Origin: a virus
Length of the DNA stretch: 64,000 nucleotides
IMG/VR virus record: IMGVR_UViG_3300042691_007361
Coordinates: 1-64,000 of that record
Direction: 5' to 3' (one strand)
This document shows positions 10,209 to 18,233 of this stretch, one piece after another (positions within the stretch are counted from its first letter, which is position 1; each line of letters begins with the position of its first letter). A program made the position numbers and the translations under genes. The notes below the pieces were generated by a model. It had not been told where the DNA came from and ran no database searches. It was given only the letters and a program-made list of their open reading frames with translations.

Positions 10209-10742
10209 TTAGAATTGATATAGTTCATAATATACATAGAATGCTCCTTCTCCTTGATTAGCACCAGCTATTGCAGGGCTAGCATTAAAGATGGCTGTTT
10301 CTTGTCCAAGTAAAACACCTGTAGCTATGATGTAAGGAATAAAGCTATCATCTAAAGCTGGGCTATAATAAGGAGTAAGCTGAATATAAATGTTATCTGC
10401 GTTACCAAATGTAATATCTGTATTCTGAATTACTAATGGTCTAGCTGTTGCAAAAGCTGGAAGTGGCACGTCAGGTCCAAAGTTTGTAATTTCAATTACT
10501 CCTTTTTGAGTAGTTACATTAACTACAAAACCTAAATCATAGTCAAGAGTATAATATCCAGTGTTTGCTACATCTCCTGCTACTGACAAATCTTTGATTG
10601 TCATACCATAAGTTAAGTATCCATCATCACGAGTTGTGAATGGTACTTGTCCACCAATAGCTACTAGGTCCGTGTCTGCATTACTAGGTGTTGTTTTGAT
10701 AAGACCTTGTGTCTTAATGTAAATCCAATTTAAGATATCCAT
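10209..10742 (-). CDS. Virion structural protein
   Basis: N-terminus (IKTTP..TDLV.IG...RDDGY...GMTI.D) similar to the N-terminus of 7560..9188. Confidence 0.55.
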   Translation of the reverse strand: MDILNWIYIKTQGLIKTTPSNADTDLVAIGGQVPFTTRDDGYLTYGMTIKDLSVAGDVANTGYYTLDYDLGFVVNVTTQKGVIEITNFGPDVPLPAFATARPLVIQNTDITFGNADNIYIQLTPYYSPALDDSFIPYIIATGVLLGQETAIFNASPAIAGANQGEGAFYVYYELYQF

Positions 10743-10764
10743 GATTTTTAATTTTATCGTATAC

Positions 10765-10773
10765 TATAATATA
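10765..10773 (-). promoter_or_regulatory. TATATTATA motif, putative late promoter
   Basis: Same 9-mer after a T-run at 2153-2161, 10765-10773 and 12609-12617, each 10-25 nt upstream of a minus-strand ATG. Confidence 0.5.
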
Positions 10774-10890
10774 CAAAAAAACTTTCATAAAAACAAAATC
10801 CCTGAGAGATTTTCCCAGGGATTATGGTACCTAATTATTAAACTATTAACGACTACCTATGAAAGTAAGCTCTACAAAGATAGATTAATC

Positions 10891-11142
10891 TTAGTTAACT
10901 GCAACAGACTCATATGTTTTTTTGAAGATGTCTGGCTTACATGCATAGAACTCACCTTCAACTCCTTTGATAATATAATCTCCTACTGAAGCTGACATAG
11001 TTCCTTCAAGAGTGTTTATCTTAAGACTATCTCCGGTAACTATAAAACACTTAGAGCAGAACTGTAATACTTCTACTTCATTATCACCCTTCCATTGTAA
11101 TGCTTGGATGACCATTGGTTTCTTTCTATAGGCGGCTACCAT
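10891..11142 (-). CDS. PGDYG-like small phage protein
   Basis: YRKKP.VI.A...TLEG.M.AS.GDYIIKGVEGEFY.CKPDIF..TYE signature of a widespread phage family. Confidence 0.75.
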   Translation of the reverse strand: MVAAYRKKPMVIQALQWKGDNEVEVLQFCSKCFIVTGDSLKINTLEGTMSASVGDYIIKGVEGEFYACKPDIFKKTYESVAVN

Positions 11143-11417
11143 ACAATTGCAATATCACCTTGACTAACCATGAGTTTGATAGTTCCATCAATCTCAACTT
11201 TCTCTGCATTTTGTAATGACCCAGTAGTAATATATACTTTATCACCTACAGCTACTTTATCAGTCTCTACTGTATCTCCAATAGCATATACTTCTAACTT
11301 AGTCCAAAGCTTCATAGCCTCTTGCATGATTTGCTCTTCGTCTTTTGCTGTAAGTTCAATTACAGACTCTTTTTTCTCTGGTACATTAATTAGTACTCTC
11401 TTCCCCATTAACTTCAT
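11136..11417 (-). CDS. groES: Co-chaperonin GroES (Cpn10)-like protein
   Basis: KLMGKRVLI...VYAIG..V...VAVGDKVY...VEIDG...MVSQGDIAIV matches the Cpn10 pattern. Confidence 0.75.
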   Translation of the reverse strand: MKLMGKRVLINVPEKKESVIELTAKDEEQIMQEAMKLWTKLEVYAIGDTVETDKVAVGDKVYITTGSLQNAEKVEIDGTIKLMVSQGDIAIVW

Positions 11418-11700
11418 CTTCTGGAATTTTAAATGTTACTACTTTTACTATCATCATCTGTGCGGTAACTATTGCTCCCACTGCTTGGTCAAACAATATA
11501 CTTGTTACCGGATTCTTATCACTAGTTTGATAAGAGTCTTTTAGAATCTCTGCTAACTCAGAACAGATCTCCTTTACTCTATCTACTCTAGTATCATTTG
11601 ATGGATTGAATGATCTACCTACTAATAGATCTCCGAACTTTGGCTGTGCCGCCTGCTTCTCTTCTAGTGGCACATAGCGCATACCTTTAATATGACTCAT
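11386..11700 (-). CDS. Acb2/Tad1-like helical-hairpin protein (candidate nucleotide-signal sponge)
   Basis: FNPS..RVDRVKE...helix...A...IVTAQMMIVKVVT resembles the Acb2-like two-helix pattern (cf. TxxQTxxMxxxRA); similarity judged by eye. Confidence 0.5.
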   Translation of the reverse strand: MSHIKGMRYVPLEEKQAAQPKFGDLLVGRSFNPSNDTRVDRVKEICSELAEILKDSYQTSDKNPVTSILFDQAVGAIVTAQMMIVKVVTFKIPEDEVNGEESTN

Positions 11701-11996
11701 ACTATTTGTCTACTGATTACTATTCCGTTTTCATCTTTGATTTCCTCAATATGGCAATGAGGTACAAAGGTGAGTGCTTCTGCTACTGCATATGATCCAT
11801 CCGGATTTCTTTGTTGAGTAGTCACTTGAACTACTACTCCTGATCCAGCTTTCATAGCTTTAGTTGATTTCATCCAGCCTTCTGCTTCAGATGAAGCTTT
11901 ACAAATTAACTGAAAGGCATCACCATTTCCCCAGAACTGAATATCCTTTACATTCTTAGTGGCACCATTGGCCGTTGTGTTGTGTAATGATTTCAT
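11697..11996 (-). CDS. Conserved beta-rich phage protein (GWMKSTKAM family), candidate sponge
   Basis: KASSEAEGWMKSTKAM...VVQVTTQQ...AEALTFVP; function inferred from context only. Confidence 0.5.
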   Translation of the reverse strand: MKSLHNTTANGATKNVKDIQFWGNGDAFQLICKASSEAEGWMKSTKAMKAGSGVVVQVTTQQRNPDGSYAVAEALTFVPHCHIEEIKDENGIVISRQIV

Positions 11997-12190
11997 GCGT
12001 CATAAGTTTGATTAGTATCCATACCTGAATCTACTCTTGATAGTGCTAGATCATTTATGATACCTGATTTAACTTGTTCTAGTATTCCTACTAGCATAAG
12101 AGGATTTATCTTATCTCCTCCTCCAATGCGGATCTCAATTCCGTCATTGTCATGCAGTGTTACCTGCAGTACTACAATTGATTCTTCCAT
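11993..12190 (-). CDS. Hypothetical protein
   Basis: Likely start MEESIVVL at 12190 after a TATCTTTG -7 box. Confidence 0.55.
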   Translation of the reverse strand: MEESIVVLQVTLHDNDGIEIRIGGGDKINPLMLVGILEQVKSGIINDLALSRVDSGMDTNQTYDA

Positions 12191-12353
12191 TACGTGTTGG
12201 TTTTGAGACAAAGATAATATAAAAACAATAAGCTCCAAGTTTCCCGGGAGCTTATTACCTAAATCGTCAAAATCAATGTTTAAAATCAAAAACTATTGGA
12301 GAAGTTTGAGATGACACAAATATAAATATATTTTTAATATGTACTAAAAAAAA

Positions 12354-12461
12354 TTATTTTTTCTTTGTCACAGGCCGAGACTCATATGCATCACACTTAT
12401 GCCCGGTGGTCTTACATGCTGATACCGTAAGTAATACTACTATCATAACAACTACTCTCAT
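12354..12461 (-). CDS. Small lipoprotein (35 aa), not in the ORF track
   Basis: MRVVVMIVVLLTVSACKTTGHKCDAYESRPVTKKK: signal peptide with a VSAC lipobox; ATGA overlap with the upstream ORF. Confidence 0.55.
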   Translation of the reverse strand: MRVVVMIVVLLTVSACKTTGHKCDAYESRPVTKKK

Positions 12462-12598
12462 CTTCCCTGCCCTCTATTTAACTTCTTGTAATTCTTGCTA
12501 GACTTTAACTTACTTGTCTTTGTCTTAGCATGTACTCCCGGGCGTGATACCTTAATACTTGTGTACCCCCGGGCACTAGATTCCTTAACCTTTGCCAT
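12458..12598 (-). CDS. Small very basic protein (46 aa), not in the ORF track
   Basis: MAKVKESSARGYTSIKVSRPGVHAKTKTSKLKSSKNYKKLNRGQGR; preceded by the TATATTATA motif. Confidence 0.6.
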   Translation of the reverse strand: MAKVKESSARGYTSIKVSRPGVHAKTKTSKLKSSKNYKKLNRGQGR

Positions 12599-12973
12599 AT
12601 CTCTTTCTTATAATATAAGAAAAATAAACCAAAAAATCTATCATTATTATAGTACTAAATTTGGTTTATACTTATACCAAAAAGCCCTGGATAAATCCAA
12701 GGCTCTTCCTTACCTACTTAGTTTTAACGAAACTTGGTAGTAAAGATAAAAATTTTTTTTGGATAAATTTTTTATAGTATAAGAGAGGATGTAGTTACCC
12801 ATAGATCAGCTGACCCCCGCCACCTCCGCGCTGGGTGGTACCCCCTATGCTGATAGAGAGACAGTGCCTGTATCAGAGAATATATTTTAGAAAATAAATC
12901 TCTGGGAAAATGTTTCTCAGATGTTCTGAGACAAACAACTTATCACTAATAATAAATTATAAATTCTAGTATT

Positions 12974-13129
12974 ATGAATGTTATCAAATATCTTTTAGAA
13001 GAAATCAATGATTTATATATACGTGTTCATGGTGACTCACTGGATAAAGCCGTTCTCACACATTGGGAAGGTGAATCAGTAGAGTTTCTTATGGATAAGA
13101 AATATGAACTGATTTCTGAATTAGATTAG
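12974..13129 (+). CDS. Small early protein (51 aa)
   Basis: MNVIKYLLEEINDLYIRVHGDSLDKAVLTHWEGESVEFLMDKKYELISELD; follows a junction motif. Confidence 0.55.
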   Translation: MNVIKYLLEEINDLYIRVHGDSLDKAVLTHWEGESVEFLMDKKYELISELD

Positions 13130-13347
13130 ATTCAGATCTTACTGAATATAATTACTGCAGCCGTAAATGGCTGCTTTCTTTTTTACTAACAATAAATTAA
13201 CCATGAGCAGGACAGCGGGTTATCTTATGCATGCTAGTAGCTAACAGTATGATACCATAAGAGTTTGAGCTAAGCCTGCACACTTTATTAGTACTCTCAC
13301 AATGAGAGTACTTTTTTTACTAACAATAAATAATAAATGAAACTAAA

Positions 13348-13497
13348 ATGAAAGAAGCACTCATTCATTTCCACAATAATGGAAATACTTGGAAGTATAC
13401 ACTTGATGTATACAGATTAAGAATCTGTTGGTGGAGAAAAAAGAAAGTAAATAGCTTAAACATGAAAGTTCCTGTTATTGCTATTAGCTGGGGGTAA
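13348..13497 (+). CDS. Small early protein (49 aa)
   Basis: MKEALIHFHNNGNTWKYTLDVYRLRICWW...; stop lies inside the next hairpin. Confidence 0.5.
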   Translation: MKEALIHFHNNGNTWKYTLDVYRLRICWWRKKKVNSLNMKVPVIAISWG

Positions 13498-13559
13498 ACC
13501 TCAGCTTTATTTTTTGTTATAACAACTTATTACTATTCTTAAATATAAAATTTTAAGAT

Positions 13560-13793
13560 ATGAAAACTAAAGTTAAAGCTAATGCTAAGCAGTTGCACGC
13601 ACAAGTTCAACAAGAAATAAATGCAGGACGTATTGTTCATACACCTAAATCACCAATGTCACACGCTGAGCGTGAAGTACTTGCTGATGCTGTATTTGAA
13701 CAGAAGTACTGCGTGGATCTTGATGACAAATCTCTCTTGCAGAGAATATTGTTGCACAAGAATAGCAGATTAAGCTTCAGACTAAAAGTCTAA
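13560..13793 (+). CDS. Small early protein
   Basis: ORF fills one cassette. Confidence 0.6.
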   Translation: MKTKVKANAKQLHAQVQQEINAGRIVHTPKSPMSHAEREVLADAVFEQKYCVDLDDKSLLQRILLHKNSRLSFRLKV

Positions 13794-13875
13794 AGTAAAG
13801 TCTTAATCTTTATTAACTGGGAGCGTAAATGCTCCCTTTATTTTTTCACTAACAATAAATATAAATATTAAGGTT

Positions 13876-14052
13876 ATGAAAAAGACAAAGTTAACTTACG
13901 CAGATATTGAAGCACTAGAGTTTATTGTTAGAATGTTCCAAAGGGATTACCTTCTAGCACAAAAAGATAGTATGCGCTTTGAAGCATTAAGAATAAAACT
14001 CATTGTAATGAGAGCTGAAATAGAGTATTTAAAGAACAGAGAGAGTGTATAA
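13876..14052 (+). CDS. Small early protein (58 aa)
   Basis: MKKTKLTYADIEALEFIVRMFQRD...; stop lies inside the next hairpin. Confidence 0.55.
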   Translation: MKKTKLTYADIEALEFIVRMFQRDYLLAQKDSMRFEALRIKLIVMRAEIEYLKNRESV

Positions 14053-14099
14053 CTCTCTCTTATTTTTTCACTAACAGTAAATTGTTAAAAACAGAAATT

Positions 14100-14423
14100 A
14101 TGAATAAGATTCACAAATTCGGTTATGATATGCTTGGTAAGTATATCACCGTAAAGCTTAATGTTTGTTTGACACAACAAAATCTTGAGGTGCTTGAATG
14201 TACTTACAAAGAGTGGTTAAGTTTCTATCCTGGTTATAAAAACCGGACTAGAATAGAAGGTGTATTACCTCTTGGTTCTCAATCACAGTTTCATACAGAT
14301 CTACAGTTAGCAATAGTGCGAACTAAGATTGATAAACTGAGAGAGACAGAAAAGAGTATTGTATCTGACTATATGGATATAGATAGATTCATACCAAACT
14401 TTGATAATCCTTTTATAGGCTAA
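14100..14423 (+). CDS. Hypothetical early protein
   Basis: ATG at 14100 after a junction motif. Confidence 0.6.
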   Translation: MNKIHKFGYDMLGKYITVKLNVCLTQQNLEVLECTYKEWLSFYPGYKNRTRIEGVLPLGSQSQFHTDLQLAIVRTKIDKLRETEKSIVSDYMDIDRFIPNFDNPFIG

Positions 14424-14484
14424 TCAAGATGAGAGCTACGGCTCTCTTTTTTTTTTACTAATAATAAATTCTAAACTATTTATT

Positions 14485-14778
14485 ATGAATGTTTTATTTT
14501 ACCATTCAGATGAGTATAAGAAAAATTATACTCCTAATGATCTTGCAGAAGATATTTGGGCTGCATATACAAGTATATATGATAATGTTTTTGGATTCAA
14601 GTTTAAATGCATTGTTGATTTTGAATACCCTCAGAAAATGTCAATTAGAATAATTGAACCTGATGGTGTTCCATATTGCACAATACATATAGACTATCAA
14701 GAATATGAAATATTAAAGTATGTGTGTAACTACATTATCTTTGAGAAAGATGAATTAGAGTTAGAAGAGGATGAATAA
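14485..14778 (+). CDS. Acidic early protein
   Basis: Cassette ORF with an acidic C-terminus. Confidence 0.6.
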   Translation: MNVLFYHSDEYKKNYTPNDLAEDIWAAYTSIYDNVFGFKFKCIVDFEYPQKMSIRIIEPDGVPYCTIHIDYQEYEILKYVCNYIIFEKDELELEEDE

Positions 14779-14951
14779 TCCTCTTTACTTTTTTACTGAT
14801 ATTACATTGTTGAACGCACACCAAGTCTACCTATAGCTAGGGTACAAAAATGATGTGGTTGGGCAACTTAAAGAAGAGGACTTAGGTGTCCTCTTTATTT
14901 TTTTTACTGATATTAAATTAAAATATTAATAACCTTTTTAATACAAAAGAT

Positions 14952-15299
14952 ATGAAAAAGATATATTACAATTTTAGTAAAAGCAACACAGTGTGCTCAG
15001 CAAACTTCAGATCAATTCTTGATGCTGTAAAGTATGTCATCTCACCTTATGTGAGATTAGATGCTGAGATATCTGAGTGTAAAATCATTGAACACTTCAG
15101 TGGTGAAAACTTGTATGTAGGATATCCTCCACATGCATTAGGTAATGTTAAGTTCTTAACTTATTACCGTAATGAATATCAGGACTCCTGGACAGGTACT
15201 ATTCATCTAGGTATAGATGGTACATATCCCAGATACTTCAGGATTAAAGACAATGTGCTTTATATCTGTAAATCAACATATGTTGATGTTGAAGCATAG
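14952..15299 (+). CDS. Hypothetical early protein
   Basis: Cassette ORF followed by a UUCG terminator hairpin. Confidence 0.6.
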   Translation: MKKIYYNFSKSNTVCSANFRSILDAVKYVISPYVRLDAEISECKIIEHFSGENLYVGYPPHALGNVKFLTYYRNEYQDSWTGTIHLGIDGTYPRYFRIKDNVLYICKSTYVDVEA

Positions 15300-15687
15300 C
15301 ACACACTCCCTTCGGGGAGTTTGTTTTTTCACTGATACTTACAAGTAGGTGAGGTGTATTATCCTCTGAAATAAGTGAGACTACACAAGTGCCGTAAGAC
15401 AGCACAAGTATAAGCATGTACTCATGCAAGAGATGATATCAGCAGTATTTGAAAGACAAGAAGCAGATATCATTTCTTTTTTTACTGATATTAGAAGTTA
15501 GGTTGGACAGGTGTGTCCGTAATTGAGATATACCCTAAAGCAGGGGAAGTGCCTGCATTACTGATATTAACTAATAGCAAAAAATCTTTGGGGAGGCCAG
15601 AGTTGAGGTCGCACCTCTGAATGCTATTAGTTTTAGTTTCACATCTTATAACAACTTGTTACTAATGTTAAATTAAATTAGTTGATT

Positions 15688-15891
15688 ATGAAAAGAATCG
15701 TATACATTGTATTCTCATTGTGCAGCGTTGGCTTCACAGGTTCATTACTAATGGCTGAACACATAAACCTATTAGTAGGTTTGTTAGGGTTTGCCATTAC
15801 ATATGTCCTTGGAGTTACTGCATTAGAATCTGTTGATATGAAAATCAAAGACACTAATGAAACAGAAAATACTTTCATTGAGAAAGTATAA
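15688..15891 (+). CDS. Small two-TM membrane protein
   Basis: Two hydrophobic helices. Confidence 0.55.
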   Translation: MKRIVYIVFSLCSVGFTGSLLMAEHINLLVGLLGFAITYVLGVTALESVDMKIKDTNETENTFIEKV

Positions 15892-15946
15892 ACTGTTAGC
15901 CCCTTAATTGGGGCTTAGTTTTTCACTAATAATTAAACTATTAATT

Positions 15947-16210
15947 ATGAGAAAATATATTTGGAAAACCAAAGAAGGCAAGTTAGTTGATGTTGACCAC
16001 ATGGATGTGAATCATCTACGCAACTCTTTAAAGATGTGTATAAGACACCTTGAAAGTGTGTATGCTCAACTTAATGCCTCAAAGAAACCAAGGTTTCAGG
16101 TTAATGGAGAATTAGCAAGTGAACACGCTGATGCATATGAGATATACAAGGCTACAGGCCATGATATACTCAGTGACTCAGGTGACCACTTGGATGAATG
16201 GGGTGTATAA
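15947..16210 (+). CDS. Hypothetical early protein
   Basis: WKTKEGK...DHMDVNHLRNSLKM, a common phage motif; ATG at 15947. Confidence 0.65.
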   Translation: MRKYIWKTKEGKLVDVDHMDVNHLRNSLKMCIRHLESVYAQLNASKKPRFQVNGELASEHADAYEIYKATGHDILSDSGDHLDEWGV

Positions 16211-16251
16211 CCCCATTTTTTTTACTAATAATAAATTTAAAATCATTTATT

Positions 16252-16548
16252 ATGAAAGATTTTATTCACACAGGTTGGTGGGCACCTACGTTGACAACTA
16301 CGGAAGACCCTGACTTAAAAGTAATAGAAAGAGACAATGGTGTCTCTTGGACTATAACCTTTTATGTAGGAGAACACATCATAGACCATATTAATATGGA
16401 ATGGTGTCGTGGTACTAAACTAGACAAGGATGTTCTTAGACTTCCTGTGTATAGTGATGAAGGTATACATTTAGGCAGCCTTGCCAAGAGATTGGAGGAT
16501 GCTATTAATGTAATGTATCCTGAACCTATGTTCAAGAAAGGGGATTAA
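16252..16548 (+). CDS. Hypothetical early protein
   Basis: ATG at 16252 after a junction motif. Confidence 0.6.
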   Translation: MKDFIHTGWWAPTLTTTEDPDLKVIERDNGVSWTITFYVGEHIIDHINMEWCRGTKLDKDVLRLPVYSDEGIHLGSLAKRLEDAINVMYPEPMFKKGD

Positions 16549-16586
16549 TCCCCTTTATTTTTTTACCAACTAATAAATTAGATTAT

Positions 16587-16763
16587 ATGAAAACAATTAC
16601 TAAAATTATCCAATGGCTAATTCCAGTAACATTTCTTGCTTGCTTTACAGGTTGCTTACTTGCATTCCCAACTACTCTTGAAGAGTTCTTTTGGGCTGCA
16701 GGATTCAGCTTCCTGTTCTGGGGTAGTATGTTTGTTGGAGCTTTGGTTGAAGCATTTGAATAA
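16587..16763 (+). CDS. Small two-TM membrane protein (58 aa)
   Basis: MKTITKIIQWLIPVTFLACFTGCLLAFP...; not in the ORF track. Confidence 0.55.
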   Translation: MKTITKIIQWLIPVTFLACFTGCLLAFPTTLEEFFWAAGFSFLFWGSMFVGALVEAFE

Positions 16764-16932
16764 ATCTATTATTGGAATCCTAGAGTGATTTAAGTGTTGA
16801 AATTTACGGGGTATGTATCCCATAAACACTGAAAATCATTCTTGGATTCCTAACTTATTTAGCTAACGCATCTTTAGAACAACTTTGTACTCCAATTAAA
16901 TGAATTAATTGTTTAACTTAAATTTTATGCAT

Positions 16933-17283
16933 ATGGCAGAGAAATTGAATGTTCAGGTGGAGTTAGTTAAATTGTTTGAGGTTAAAACTCTTAACAATGA
17001 GAAACAAACTAAATACCGCAATTGTCATGTTAAATTCACAGACCCTCAATCAGGGGATGTGACTACTACATGGGCACGTATCTGGGAGACTACTCTTGAG
17101 AACGGTACCAAAGTAGGAGACATGCTCAATGCTGAGGTTGACCAATGGACTACCGCTGAAGGTAAATCCATGGTAACCGTTACGGTGTTTGGTGGTTCTG
17201 ATGCTCAAACTGCAACTCTTGACTTGTTCAAGAATGCGTTGGTAGCTAAAGCTCCCGCAACAGACTTAAATGCTCCTATGTAA
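16933..17283 (+). CDS. OB-fold (SSB-like) early protein
   Basis: ARIWE.....KVGD.L.AEV OB-fold-like strand pattern; followed by a terminator at 17311-17348. Confidence 0.45.
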   Translation: MAEKLNVQVELVKLFEVKTLNNEKQTKYRNCHVKFTDPQSGDVTTTWARIWETTLENGTKVGDMLNAEVDQWTTAEGKSMVTVTVFGGSDAQTATLDLFKNALVAKAPATDLNAPM

Positions 17284-17591
17284 ATAGGAGTGTTTAGCTG
17301 TTAAGCAATTATACAGAGACTGAATAATAGTAAGTCTCTGTATTTTTTTGCATAACAAGCTACGCATCTTGTGTAACAACTTGGTACTGTCCATGGATAT
17401 TATCATAATCCATGGTCAGCATCCTTATGCAGAGACTCTTTCTGGTTATGGTCAGCAGTGCGTAGCAAATATTACAATGTAAGTAGTTGTGTGTGAGTGA
17501 GTTACTGTATGACAGGTAAACTATACCTTTATTCTTGGTCAGCATAAGTATCTCAAAATCACTAGACTACTATACACCACATAATTAATAT

Positions 17592-17810
17592 ATGGCTAAA
17601 TACACAATATACTTAGACTGCCCTTTGTCCTATGGAGTTGTTGCTATTACACATCTATGTCTTAGAGATAACTTAGATACTCTCTTTATAGATGGTAAGT
17701 ACTATCTCCTATATAAAGATGTATTAGAGCAAGAGATAGAGCATCATACACTCCGGCTTACTGATTTAGGATATAAAGTACTTCAAGTAATTCCTAATAA
17801 AGATGTATAG
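17592..17810 (+). CDS. Small paralogous protein A
   Basis: Shares YxI and LxLxxxGxxV/I..V motifs with the next two ORFs. Confidence 0.55.
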   Translation: MAKYTIYLDCPLSYGVVAITHLCLRDNLDTLFIDGKYYLLYKDVLEQEIEHHTLRLTDLGYKVLQVIPNKDV

Positions 17811-18024
17811 AATACACTACAAAGGTTATTACCTTAGTCCTATATGTGTAGAGTTTGTACATCTACACTGTTATCCTAATGGAGATATCTTATATGCTTA
17901 TATGGATATATATAAACTATCAGAGTTAGAGCCATTTGTACTCTGGCTTGTTAATCATGGATTTACTGTTGCTCTTGTAGAAACATTAACATATGACAGA
18001 GATGAACAAGGTATATTTGTATAG
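17803..18024 (+). CDS. Small paralogous protein B
   Basis: ELEPFVLWLVNHGFTVALVE. Confidence 0.55.
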   Translation: MYRIHYKGYYLSPICVEFVHLHCYPNGDILYAYMDIYKLSELEPFVLWLVNHGFTVALVETLTYDRDEQGIFV

Positions 18025-18184
18025 GATATATACGCATCCAAATGATATACCTGATGATTCTTTATACTCTAGAGCTTTATACTCTAGAGTCTATATGGTA
18101 GTACTAGAAGATTTAGAGTCAGAGGTTCTCCGGCTTATAGATAATGGTCATACTATTATCAAAGTAGAATGGTCAGGGATGTAG
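17993..18184 (+). CDS. Small paralogous protein C
   Basis: DLESEVLRLIDNGHTIIKVE. Confidence 0.55.
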   Translation: MTEMNKVYLYRIYTHPNDIPDDSLYSRALYSRVYMVVLEDLESEVLRLIDNGHTIIKVEWSGM

Positions 18185-18233
18185 ACTCCCGTAGAATTAT
18201 TGAATTCAAAAGAATATGATTAACTAATACCTT

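Larger units (their letters stand above)
12934..16892 (+). repeat. Array of about 16 junction motifs: hairpin + U-tract + ACT(A/G)A, or AACAACTTNNN-ACT
   Basis: ACT at 12945, 13185, 13319, 13532, 13848, 14070, 14457, 14795, 14906, 15331, 15484, 15560, 15661, 15925, 16224 and 16889, each heading a small ORF or non-coding unit. Confidence 0.85.

Noticed and set aside
2651-10742. Diversity-generating retroelement targeting the fibres
   Set aside because: No reverse transcriptase and no TR/VR near-duplicate visible in the window
15430-15476. Fifth stem-CAGCA repeat
   Set aside because: Lacks the M spacer base and the closing G; probably coincidental
12934-16900. CRISPR array or integron attC array
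   Set aside because: Junction motifs are short and degenerate, spacing varies from 75 to 430 bp, and there is no cas or integrase gene or attC core
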